Positions 1-11,215 are shown, numbered from the stretch's first letter. The stretch is DNA of 33,452 nt from Octopus bimaculoides (GCF_001194135.2 NC_068992.1:23979142-24012593); one strand, 5' to 3'. Notes: generated from the sequence alone by a model not told the origin. Program-made: numbers and translations.

Positions 1-1121
1 ATATGGGGGTGTATATACGTATGTATGCATTGGCAGGAAAAAGGAGACTAGACAACATTAGACTGTTATATGCAATGAATTCAACTGATATGCCTACGAG
101 GCATGGGCCATCAATACAGATATACAGAGAAAGATACTGAATGAAGTACAGGAATTAAAGTGAAACACCATCATCAGGACCAATAACTTACCTTCTGATT
201 CCAGGAAGATTATTCGTATCGTGAGATTAAGATCTTTTGCAAAACAATGCAAACCATCCGCTGTGCTGTATTAGAAAGTTTTAACGAGAAGTGCTAACAC
301 GATTGTACGAAAGGCATTTGCCATTCTTGTGTTGGGGAAAAAAGACAAGACTTTCTCCACAATTTCATCTGGATTCGTCATTGGTCGCACATCTATGATA
401 TCATGCACACATCGTCTATGAATATGGTTATAACGTAATTCTGGCTTCTTGAAACAGCTGTCGAGATACGATTTTTTTCATTCTATATTTTTTCATTATT
501 TTATTTTATAATGTGTGTTGCATGATCTGTGTAAATATATATCCCAAGCCTAATTGAGTTTATCTAAATTTATTGCAATAAAATCTGTGAGTGTGTGTGT
601 ATATGTTTCTGTGTGTGTGTGTATACATGAAGCCCCTCAACTCTCATATCCAATACACCTTCACTATACAGATTAGTCTCGGTCTACCCTCATACATCTC
701 TCATTCGCACTATAATATATTCTGCTAATGCCTTTCAACTCAAATCTGATTCATGTTATATTCACCGATGGAACTAGTAACTTCCATTAGCCTTTGCCAG
801 AGATTATCCAAGAACTTTTGTCCATGGAACAGCTAAATGAGAATTTACCTAGAATTTTATTAATTCTCTGATCATGGAGATACCAAACACATCGATCGTT
901 CATCCATAAAATCCCTTGGTTTCTTGAAAAACTAGTAACTAGTAATATCTTATATTGATCATATTCTACGTTTCTATATTCTCTTTTTTTTTCTTTTTCT
1001 CTCTCCGATCACGGCATACTTAGCCTACGTGGAAATATTTATTCACTGACATATCTGCCACACACTTAACTATTCTAGAAAAAGCTGTAAGAGACATCAT
1101 GTGTTTCTATAACTACTCTCC

Positions 1122-1539
1122 ACTTTGGAGTAAAGATTGTTTGCCAACATAACATGGCAGTCCTGGTTTAGGACGAATGTTGCTGTAATTTAGCACCAGG
1201 AGACATCGTCTCCAGCTGGCTATACGACACGATCTGTATCTTTATATTTTCGAACAAGGGAATCTAGCACCCCCACTCTGCTCAAAAATATATCTGTGTT
1301 TCGTGATTTCCGATTTGAAGCGAAATAACCCGGAAATCACGATACACAGATATTGTTTTTAGCTGAGTAGGGGTGGTGGTGGTGGTGGGGGTGCTAGATT
1401 CCCTTGTTCGAAAATATAAGGACACAGATTGTGTCGTATAGCCAGCTGGAGACAATGTCTCCTGGGGCTAAATTACAGGAACATTAGTCCTAAATCAGGA
1501 CTGCCATGTTATGTTGGCAAACAATCTTTACTCCAAAGT
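1122..1539. mobile_element. Palindromic non-autonomous DNA element (MITE/foldback-like), 418 bp
   Basis: Left arm 1122-1312 (ACTTTGGAGTAAAGATTGTTTGCCAACATAACATGGCAGTCC...GATTTCCG) is the reverse complement of right arm 1331-1539 (CGGAAATC...GGACTGCCATGTTATGTTGGCAAACAATCTTTACTCCAAAGT). The arms are separated by an 18-nt spacer. The right arm carries a short (GGT)n expansion. No ORF and no clear TSD. Confidence 0.85.
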
Positions 1540-1678
1540 ACTGTTGCTAAATATCTCAAGATGTGAGATTTACAAATTGTAATTTTCTACTCACCACTGT
1601 TTTATGTTATGAATTATAAATTAAATGCTCTTGAAGGATGCCAAAATTTTACGCTCTTCATTATTTGTTATAATGTAT

Positions 1679-1679
<1 letters not shown>

Positions 1680-1726
<47 letters not shown>

Positions 1727-1884
1727 GAAAGAAAGAAAGAAAGAAAGAGTGGAGAAGACTGATAGAAAGATAGAGAAAGAGGGAGGGGAGAGCGATAAAT
1801 AGATAGATAGAAAAAGAAAGAGGGGAGGGGGTGTTATAGATACAAACATAGAGAAAGAGAGAAAGAGAGAATGAGAGTGAAAGT

Positions 1885-1922
<38 letters not shown>
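1680..1922. repeat. Compound purine-rich microsatellite (GATA)n/(GAAA)n/(GA)n
   Basis: Seen directly; explains ORFs 1661-1849 and 1668-1982. Confidence 0.95.
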
Positions 1923-2690
1923 CGTGTAATTGTTTACGCATACTGTATGTATATATTTATATGTAAGAGTACAAAAACACACACGTACATATATACTTTA
2001 TATGTGTGTGTGTGTGTGTGTGTGCGTGTGTATGTATATGCTCATGTATATTTATACTTAGAACGAAAGTAAGAGTGCGTATACGGGCGCAAGTTTATAA
2101 ATCAGTCGGCGCTGGTATCTGCGTAATTTTTATTCGTTGATCCATTACTGTATATTTTATATCAATATATATTTAGTTTTCGCTTGCGGTTTTCAGCTAA
2201 TTTTCTTTAGACAGAATTAACGGCAATAATAACGATGCCGTTGAACGCATTATAGGTGATTGTCTGTTTTTTTCTGTGATAATAAGCCAAGCGATGTTTA
2301 GAAAATGACAAACAACATTCAAAATAATTAGACGCTGACGTATTCTTTGATACCATTTCTGAAAACAACGTAAATCTGTCTCATAAATTCTTTATCGCTA
2401 CGTGGAGAATGAAACCTGTATAATGCTGGAAAATCAGAAAAGAAGTATAATCATTTTATTAGCTACACTAACAGGCAAAATTTAAGTAGGTAGTTGACAA
2501 AAGTTCTGTTTTGTTTAAAGATACCTTTTCAAAACTGTGTAATGCAGTCTAATACAGCAATATACGTGAACATAGAAACGCTACATAGATGATTGTTTTC
2601 TTAGATAATTATTTAAGGTTAAAGTATTAACGAGTAGATATATTGGAAGCTAGAATATATATTTATTCTTAATTTATTTAATATAGATAG

Positions 2691-2888
2691 GGGCAGCAAG
2701 TTGGCACACCGGGCTATGTAATTAGCGATGTTTCGTCTGTCTTTACGTCTGAGTTCAAATGCTACCGGGCTCAACTTTCGTTTAATCTCTTCCGGCGTCG
2801 ATAAAATAAGTAGCAATTGAATAAGTACAAGACATCTTCGATTTAACCTCTCCCCTTAAATTGCTTCCTTGCGCCAAAATTTGGAATT
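2691..2888 (+). mobile_element. tRNA-derived SINE, family A, diverged copy
   Basis: B-box-like GAGTTCAAAT followed by GTCGATAAAATAAGTA...CCCCTTAAATT. Aligns by eye to the copies at 15730 and 12801. Confidence 0.7.
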
Positions 2889-3009
2889 AACATAGATGTG
2901 GAGATGAGAAGCTCTGGTACGACCATCTGTATTTGAAACCACGACTTGCATGGTGTTATAGGTAAGAAGGGTGTTGGCTATATATACTAAATCTTTCATT
3001 AAAATGTCT

Positions 3010-3125
3010 CACATAAGCCGCTAAAGAGTTCACTTCTTAATCACATGGTATCTCGTTTCAAACTATTTCAACTGTGTAGCACCTTGTGTATGTGTCTCCT
3101 ATTAAAACTCGGAGACGACTCGAAC
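3010..3125 (+). mobile_element. Degenerate head of CORE-like SINE, family C
   Basis: TAGCACCTTGTGTATGTGTCTCCTATTA resembles GTACCTTGGGGATGTGTCTTCTATTA of the 26860 copy. Confidence 0.45.
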
Positions 3126-5165
3126 TTAGTAACTTAATTTTTCTTGACCAAAACGATGCTGAAGGTAGCTTGCTGATCTTAAGGAGTACATATAATGCAT
3201 CATCTTGTTTGATGCCATCATCTACGCCCTAGGGACCTTTGGCGGAGTTCACTCTGTGAACTGAATTCGGGATAGCCTATAAATTACGTATTCATCCTTC
3301 ATTGACCAGTAATCTCGGAGGTTCTGTGATAAATGTTGGTTATGGATTCGTCCTTTCTTTCTCTGACCCTGTCATAATAGAAAATAAGAACAAAATTTAA
3401 TTGATGTGACTTTAGTATGTTTTATTATTGTATCACAAACAACGGGCATATAATTTAACGTTCATCTCACACAGGCGATCTCACACAAGCTGTTATTATT
3501 TTTTTAATCGCATTTATTTCCACCCTATACAATTTAATACATAATTAATATGGTAATAAGAGAATATGCTAACGTGCTATTGATACTCAATAAGATGTTT
3601 GGTTATGACTCTTTCGGAAACGAATATAATGGTGGGCACTCTGTTGATAGACAGTTGTAAGTCAATATAGAGTTGAGATTTTGTGTGGTGCAAGCAACAA
3701 GAATGAGAATTTATAACTGTAGACTATAAGGAAGTTGTTCAGAACAAAGGATCATACCTTAATATAGCCGTATATAATCAGGGCCTTATACGACATACCA
3801 TTAAATAATTATTTTCTGGGAGAAGTATAACTTCAGAGATCAAAGAGTCTACGACAACAATTTCCAACATTTGTGCCTTTTTATTTTAACTGTATCGATC
3901 AATAGATTTAATACCGCTGATATGCTGAGGTCAAAGTAAACAATTATATTTCACTTCATAACAAAATTCTTGTCCTTGTAAAACAATGATTTACGTTTAT
4001 CAGGAACGCGTAAATGTCTTATATTTGCAGAGTCAATTTTTCTAAGGCACAAAATTGTATTTCATTAACCAATAATTACGCCTACAAGGAGGAATATCTT
4101 CTCTTCATTGTCTCCCTTCTATAATGTGTAGACATAACATTTGCAAACCAGCCATTATCACATTTTCTGTGTCCTAAATTCTGATTTTGCCTCTCGCATT
4201 TCTTTTGTGCTTTTAAACCTATTTTCCATACCATACAACAATATTAAATGTTATGCAGATTATATAACACTTAACTCCTCGTAAAAGTTTTACAAACACC
4301 AGTCACGTGAAAGCTAGACCTGAACGCTAACCATTAATAGAGCCAAATTAAGTGTTGGGTGTAATGGGGACATACCAATATAGTCTTTTAGGACACCAGT
4401 ACACACCAGTAACTCTCCCCAACCACTAACTTCTGGATGTGCTGTTGTTTTTCTTTAGCTCTTTTAAAACTACTAAACGACCCCTCCAGTTGTGAATAGA
4501 CTAGTTACACAGGACCTTTCTCCAAGATAGTACACTTCCACCTCTTAACATGTCAACCATTATATCGTGCTATATCTCCCAGACACAGCAGTATACAAGT
4601 TTTACTCGATGCTATCTCGCTGTAAACGAACCCTCTCCGTCATCGAAGCTCTACAAAAATTTCTTCCTTTTTTTTAAATATTTTCTGCAGATGTCAACCT
4701 ACATATATTGAAACTAATCATCAGCTGTATCGATCTCACCAGTCTTCGAAGAAATGAAAAGGTGATGGACACTACCTCTTCCACCTCTGCCCACCTTATA
4801 ACAAAATACTGATGTCTGTAAGTTGATGGAGCTTTTCATCTTTGAAAGGAAGATGAGGGAAAGCCAATAATATACCGGGAGGTAAATAGATGGTAGCAGC
4901 AACCTTTACAAAAAGACTTCTTAGATGCCTAAGGAAGAAATCATTATACATTCACATTTCTTTCTTCATTTTATAAAATATTGATTTATATATAAATGCT
5001 AGAAGAAAGCTACATCATACTTCTATAGTACGATCTACCTAAAACCTCAAAGTAACATTTGTGTATTTGATGGGAGACATTGTTAATTGTAATTGAGTAT
5101 GGGAAGCTGTAATTTACACTAGCTAAATATTAATATATTTTAGTAATGTATATGTGTATGCATCT

Positions 5166-5168
<3 letters not shown>

Positions 5169-5214
<46 letters not shown>

Positions 5215-5255
5215 GGAAAGAGAGAGAGAGAGAGGGGGAGAGAGAGATAGAGTGA
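5169..5255. repeat. (GA)n microsatellite, followed by degenerate TG/TA/CA repeats up to the gap at 5583
   Basis: Seen directly. Confidence 0.95.
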
Positions 5256-6804
5256 GTGGTGGTCTGTGTTTGTATGTGCACATATATGTATATGTGTGTG
5301 TATGTATGTGTATATATCTATATGTGTGCGACTGTCTATGCATGTATAGATGACATATACAATGTAATATGTAACTTATACAGTGTTTATATCAGACATA
5401 TATTAAAGAGAAATACACACACACACACACAACACATATATGTGTGTTTGTTTGTATGTTTGTATGTGTGTGTGTGTCCGTGTGCGTGCTTTGATATGAA
5501 AGAGTGGGTTTCAAACTGTATCTAAACAAGTATGTTATATATGAATATATAAGTGCATATGTATATATATATATATATATATNNNNNNNNNNNNNNNNNN
5601 NNNNNNNNNNNNNNNNNNNNNNNNNNNNNNNNNNNNNNNNNNNNNNNNNNNNNNNNNNNNNNNNNNNNNNNNNNNNNNNNNNNNNNNNNNNNNNNNNNNN
5701 NNNNNNNNNNNNNNNNNNNNNNNNNNNNNNNNNNNNNNNNNNNNNNNNNNNNNNNNNNNNNNNNNNNNNNNNNNNNNNNNNNNNNNNNNNNNNNNNNNNN
5801 NNNNNNNNNNNNNNNNNNNNNNNNNNNNNNNNNNNNNNNNNNNNNNNNNNNNNNNNNNNNNNNNNNNNNNNNNNNNNNNNNNNNNNNNNNNNNNNNNNNN
5901 NNNNNNNNNNNNNNNNNNNNNNNNNNNNNNNNNNNNNNNNNNNNNNNNNNNNNNNNNNNNNNNNNNNNNNNNNNNNNNNNNNNNNNNNNNNNNNNNNNNN
6001 NNNNNNNNNNNNNNNNNNNNNNNNNNNNNNNNNNNNNNNNNNNNNNNNNNNNNNNNNNNNNNNNNNNNNNNNNNNNNNNNNNNNNNNNNNNNNNNNNNNN
6101 NNNNNNNNNNNNNNNNNNNNNNNNNNNNNNNNNNNNNNNNNNNNNNNNNNNNNNNNNNNNNNNNNNNNNNNNNNNNNNNNNNNNNNNNNNNNNNNNNNNN
6201 NNNNNNNNNNNNNNNNNNNNNNNNNNNNNNNNNNNNNNNNNNNNNNNNNNNNNNNNNNNNNNNNNNNNNNNNNNNNNNNNNNNNNNNNNNNNNNNNNNNN
6301 NNNNNNNNNNNNNNNNNNNNNNNNNNNNNNNNNNNNNNNNNNNNNNNNNNNNNNNNNNNNNNNNNNNNNNNNNNNNNNNNNNNNNNNNNNNNNNNNNNNN
6401 NNNNNNNNNNNNNNNNNNNNNNNNNNNNNNNNNNNNNNNNNNNNNNNNNNNNNNNNNNNNTATATATATATGTACACACACATGTATATATATATACGTA
6501 TGTATGTATATGTGCCTGTGTGGGTATTTAAAAGTATGTCTTTGAAATTGTTTCTGTTGCTCTTCCGTACTTTCGGCTTGGAGCAATCTTTTGCATATTT
6601 CTTTGTTTGTGTGTGTGTACGTGTGTCTCTCTACATGCGTATATATCTATGTGTGTCTTTTAATGTAAGAAGTCATAGATCAGCTTATGTGAAGGTTGAT
6701 GTTTCTAGGGACATACACACATACTTATGTGTAATGATATATTTATATACCATTACATACGCAAATAAGTATATATATATATATACACATACATATATAC
6801 ATAT

Positions 6805-7000
6805 TCTTTTATTGTTTTACTTGTTTCAGTCATTTCACTTCGGCCATGCTGGAGCACCGCCTTTAGTCGAAGAAATCGACCCCAGGACTTATTCTTTGTA
6901 AGCGACGTACTTATTCTATCAGTCTTTTTGCCGAACGCGTATGTTACGGGGACGTAATCACACCAACATCGCTTGTCAAGCGATGGTGGCGGGACAAACA

Positions 7001-7001
<1 letters not shown>
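6805..7001 (-). mobile_element. 3' module of composite SINE, family C
   Basis: Reverse complement contains GGCAAAAAGACTGATAGAATAAGTAC...GTCCTGGGGTCGATTTCTTCGACTAAAGGCGGTGCTCCAGCATGGCCGAAGTGAAATGACTGAAACAAGTAAAA. The same module occurs at 7331, 14352, 22635 and 27174. Confidence 0.9.
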
Positions 7002-7039
<38 letters not shown>

Positions 7040-7280
7040 NNNNNNNNNNNNNNNNNNNNNNNNNNNNNTATATATATATATATCAATAGGTATAATACAT
7101 AATACTAATATACACATTTACATATATTATACAATGGTGGCCTCGACGTGATTCCAAAATGCACATTCGCAATATGGAACATTATCGAAGAATGTTTAGA
7201 CATTCTAGTTTTCTGGAATTTTACTGAGATACCAGCAACACCACTTTATCGTGCAGCAATGCTTTAATAATGTCATATAC

Positions 7281-7318
<38 letters not shown>

Positions 7319-7330
7319 GTTTGTGTGTCT

Positions 7331-7529
7331 GTGTTTATCCCCCAACATCGCTTGACAATCGATGGTGGTGTATTTACGTCCCCGTAACCTAGTGGTTCGG
7401 CAAAAAGACCGATAGAATAAGTACTAGGCTTCCAAAGAATAAGTCCTGGGGTCGCTTTGCTCGGCTAGAGGCGGTGCTCCAGCATGGCCGCAGTTAAATG
7501 ACTGAAACAAGTAAAAGAGTAAAAGAAAG
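7331..7529 (+). mobile_element. 3' module of composite SINE, family C
   Basis: GTGTTTATCCCCCAACATCGCTTGACAATCGATGG...GGCGGTGCTCCAGCATGGCCGCAGTTAAATGACTGAAACAAGTAAAAGAG. Inverted relative to 6805-7001. Confidence 0.9.
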
Positions 7530-7540
7530 TATATATATAA

Positions 7541-8594
7541 TAAACATCACCCAGATCGTCCTGTTTTACTACGCGTGATATTCGCTACATCCAACGTTGA
7601 GTGGTGTACAACAGGTGTCGTACCGCTTCATCTTTGGCCCAAGATGTGACCTCTGTTAGTGAAAAGAGATTATCTGCCGAAACAGTTCGCCGAAGTTTGA
7701 ACCAGTGTGGTCTTCATGGGCGCATTACTCGTAGGAATCCTGTCCTCACTATCAGGCATATATCAAGTCGTCTTTCTTTTGCTGAAATCTATGTGAGTAA
7801 GGGGAAGGAGTTTTGGAATAAAATTCTTTTTCTGATGAGACTAAAATCAACGTTTTTGTGTCAGATGGTATTAAACGAGTATGGTGAAGACCAGACGATG
7901 TTAATAGCGACAAATTCACCGTACCTACTATGAGACACATTGGCAGAAGTGTTATGAGGCTGGAGACGCATGAGTGCGGTTGGTATGGGACGACTCACAG
8001 TTATTAAGAGAACAATGGATTCAAGGCTTTATTGTGACATATTGTAGAAAACAAGGAAGCAGGATGACATCCAGTGTTCCAACATGATAATGACCCTATA
8101 TATACTGCAAAGATGAAGACTAAGTTTTTATCAGATAATAAGATAAAGGTGTTGCCCTGGTCTACCATGTCACCTGATTTAAACACAAATAGAACATTGT
8201 GGCGTTGTTTTGAAAAGGAAGGTTGAGGAGAAAAATACCCGCAAGACATCATTCAGGATTAATGGAGGTCGATTTCATCGGTTATACGCGGAAATTTAGT
8301 CGACTCTATGCCCACATAACTTAATGGAGTCATTGAAAGTAAGGATGGTTACAACAAATATTGAATATAGCAAATAATACTATAGAAAGTATATATTTTT
8401 GTATCGTTTGAAAATTGATATTTCTTTCATATCTTTGAAAATGTTTATTGCTTTGTGTTCCGAATGTCTATAATGTTTGTATGTATGATATATTTTATTC
8501 TGTATAAATTTCGTTCGATTTCCTTCGATATTATCAGATTAATGGCAATTTTAGTGAATTTTTTCAGGGGCGTTCATACTTTTGTGAGAGACTG
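7541..8594 (+). mobile_element. Tc1-family (DD34E) DNA transposon, 5'-truncated, with pseudogenised transposase
   Basis: HTH segment SAETVRRSLNQCGLHGRITRRNPVL. WNKILF followed (frameshift) by SDETKIN (first D). VFQHDNDPIYTAK (second D). WSTMSPDLN, then a +1 frameshift to IE, giving 34 residues between D and E. Multiple stops and frameshifts. The 3' TIR ...CAGGGGCGTTCATACTTTTGTGAGAGACTG ends at 8594 and is followed by TA (8595-8596). Confidence 0.92.
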
Positions 8595-8600
8595 TATGTC

Positions 8601-8652
<52 letters not shown>

Positions 8653-8829
8653 TGTGTAAATAAAATAATATGCGTGGCTATTTAGTAATTTTACAACCTA
8701 AAGACAGCAATATAGATCTTACTAAAGTGAACAAGGGCACTAAGCAGCACAAATATTGCTAGAAATAAGAGTGAAAACAACTCAATAGCCGCTGAAATCA
8801 GTATCTATATTCCTCATTTCCTGTTTATT

Positions 8830-8867
8830 TGCGTTGAAGAATCTAATCGATGAAACCACGGTCCGTA
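8830..8867 (+). ncRNA. Minimal type I hammerhead ribozyme-like motif (C3U variant), possibly a Penelope-like element relic
   Basis: Stem I UGCG/CGUA. Core UUGAAGA versus consensus CUGANGA. Stem II AUC-uaauc-GAU. GAAA. Stem III ACC-ac-GGU. Cleavage triplet GUC at 8861-8863. Confidence 0.55.
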
Positions 8868-9019
8868 TTTTAAGAAAATAATTATTCTGTCCACCTTTTA
8901 TTTTCTGTCGAATAGTTCAGTTGCAGTTAAGAGAACACGATAACAGACAACACATACGCCTACACAGATGCACACACTCACACACACACATAAATACATC
9001 CAAACATATATATAAGTTG

Positions 9020-9180
9020 GAAGGGGTTTGGCATAGTTTCTCTCTCCCAAATTCACTTCGAATGCAATGGAGGATCTGGGGCTAAAGTAGAAGATATTTA
9101 CTCAAGTTGGGACGCAGTGGATTGAATCTGAAATCAAACAGCTGCAAGCACACTTCTTAACAAAATAACTCTACCTGCAC
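9020..9180 (-). mobile_element. Degenerate head of CORE-like SINE, family C
   Basis: Reverse complement contains TTCAATCCACTGCGTCCCAACTTGAGTAAATATCTTCTACTTTAGCCCC, matching the 23352 and 26860 heads. CA/TA repeat lies on its 3' side. Confidence 0.55.
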
Positions 9181-9499
9181 TATTGTTCAACTGTATTATT
9201 ACGCGAGGAAAATAAAACCCTAAGACTATACTCCGATAAGATTTAAAGACTTAAATACAAAGTTGATACTTTGGGGTTGACTTTTTAAAGAACTTCTAAT
9301 TCCACCTGCATCCCTGTTTCTAATATCTTTCTTGCTGTAACTGTTTTCTAATTGATCTTCTCGTCCCCGCTTTATTTTTCATGTTTTTTTTTTTGTTGTT
9401 TTTTTTTGTTTTTAGTAATAGACGTTATGTACGGGAGATGAGTGACAGAGTTGATAGAACTCTGTATAATTGCATTCTTCTAGTTTGTTGCTTCTTTAT

Positions 9500-9645
9500 C
9501 TTCGGAATAAGACGCAGGATTACTTATTTCCAACCAAGGAAACTTGAGTGACGTGAAATGAAATGTTTTACACAGTGTATTGCCGGGTGGTCGAAACTGC
9601 TATCAAGCGATCGTGAAGGCAATGCCCTAACCACAAGGCTGCAGG
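9500..9645 (-). mobile_element. Degenerate tRNA-derived SINE head (family D/E-like)
   Basis: Reverse complement: GTGGTTAGGGCATTG (A-box-like)...GTTTCGACC (B-box-like)...CATTTCATTTCACGTC, which resembles CACTTTATTTCACGTT at about 26000. Confidence 0.5.
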
Positions 9646-9989
9646 GCTTCAATTATCACACACTACATTTGGCTTTAATTTTAAAAAGAAAAAAATAATT
9701 CAAGACGTTTAATCAACTCGTTAGGAGAGTAAAACACCAGGTAGAATATTGTTCCGAACGTCAATTTTTTGAGATCACCCATGGCGGTGTTAGGTCCCTC
9801 CAATGGTGTTTCTTCATTATACCAATTCCTACGGAATTGATTCTTTACATAGAGCAACATTATTTAGAAATTTTACAACATTTACCTTGTGTTTGTCTTG
9901 GCAGGATACGTGCTATGGTCCTCAATAGAATACTTAACATTATTTGCCCAAAGTTTCATACTAAGCTGCGAAAATTAGTATTGATTTAT

Positions 9990-10390
9990 GCAATAAATTA
10001 TTCGGAATGTATTAGCACTAGCTGTTCTGTAAAGTGTTGGAAATGTTGGAGGTAATAAGTGGTAAATGGAAACAATAAGATTTAGTCATGAAATTCTTCG
10101 CTTTCGGTGAAACAATAATAGTTAAGAAAGGATGCTTTATTTTATTACATAACTTGATATCTTGGCCAATTTTAAGATTAAGGATATATTTTATGACAGG
10201 CCGTTCTCTAGACATATTATCAAAGCTGGTTCTGCTATAAGAACTACTTTGACTATTCAAAATATCATAATTGCTTATTAAGACCAATGCTGGTTTATGA
10301 CTATTTTTCATCGCTGACATAACTTTACGAGACTGGCTTTGTCTAGAACTAGACTCGTTATAACTGAAATGCCCAAGTACTGACAACTAG
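9990..10390 (-). mobile_element. Possible highly decayed LINE (L2/CR1/Rex-like RT C-terminus)
   Basis: A frame overlapping the 122-aa ORF reads CQYLGISV...SLVKLCQR*...AEPALIICL...YHLLP. This loosely follows the YLG...KKAQQR...IESILT...LLPS order of L2/Rex-Babar elements. Weak. Confidence 0.25.
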
Positions 10391-11057
10391 TGATATTATT
10401 ATACACACGTTGTAAAATAATGTATCAACAATACAAGTCGGTTATTTATTGGATTATGGTTAATGCTTCGTTCTGAACCCAACAAAACACTGTTGTTTTT
10501 ACCATCTAATTCAATTTTCTGAATATAATTTTCAAACCACGAAATGTGCACCTTTCAGAACTGTACTATTTCTCTCTAACTTAATTTGGCAAATGGTTAC
10601 AGGATACAAAATACAACAATTCTATTCTAAATAGTTCACATGTTATTGATTAAATCTAATCGTTTGCTACTTCTGCAGGTTTTTAACATTTCTCTCTCAG
10701 CATGTTCCGATGTTCATAGTAAATGTGTCTCTTTCTTCACAATGTATTCGTTATCGTTATATTTCTGTTTTCTCTCTCTCTCTCTCGCTCTTTCTATCTG
10801 TCTGTCTGTCTGTCTCTGTCTCTCCCCCTCGCTCTTCTTGCACATATATGTGTTTCCTTCAACTTTTAATTCTTCGCTCTTTCCTCTTCATATATTCAAG
10901 ACTATCTATTTCTACTGTTCGTCTTACCCTAGTTGTCTTCTCTTTAATCTTCTTGTTATTGTTTTAATAATTGACATTTTACACGGAAGATAAAAGACGG
11001 AGTTGATACAGCTCTGTAAAAATTTCATTTCTTTTATTTTATTACATCTCTTTAGCA

Positions 11058-11215
11058 TCTCGGTTCAAATCCAGTCGTGACCACCTATGCTTATCATCCT
11101 TCTCTAGTTCGGTTAAATCAGTACAAAGTACTTGTATCAATTGTTGCAGTGTCTCTTCTAACTCTTTATGATTTGGGATCAAATCCTGTTATGGTCAACT
11201 TTGCCTTCCATTCCC
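11058..11215 (+). mobile_element. Two degenerate family A SINE fragments
   Basis: CGGTTCAAATCC...TCATCCTT...AAATCAGTAC and GGATCAAATCC...GGTCAACTTTGCCTTCCATTCC resemble the family A core. Confidence 0.45.

Noticed and set aside
1-480. Faint mariner-like words (LDNIR, QELK*, PSD)
   Set aside because: Spacing does not match a mariner catalytic domain; could be chance.
620-720. Minus-strand EGRPRLI...ELRG resembling an RTE ORF end
   Set aside because: A single short motif with no supporting upstream RT motifs.
4690-4905. Possible RTE 5' region with an HDV-like ribozyme on the minus strand (TAC-CTCCCG-GTA-TATTATT-GG); shares AGATGA(A/G)AAGCTC with about 2895-2910
   Set aside because: L3 is non-canonical and no P1 or P2 pairing can be built. 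Only a short shared word supports repeat status.
5392-6901. Long ORFs (314-465 aa) here and similar ones at 14029, 20407, 21540-22107, 23600-24858, 27549-28617 and 32084-32573
   Set aside because: They are open only because they cross N gaps and dinucleotide repeats.
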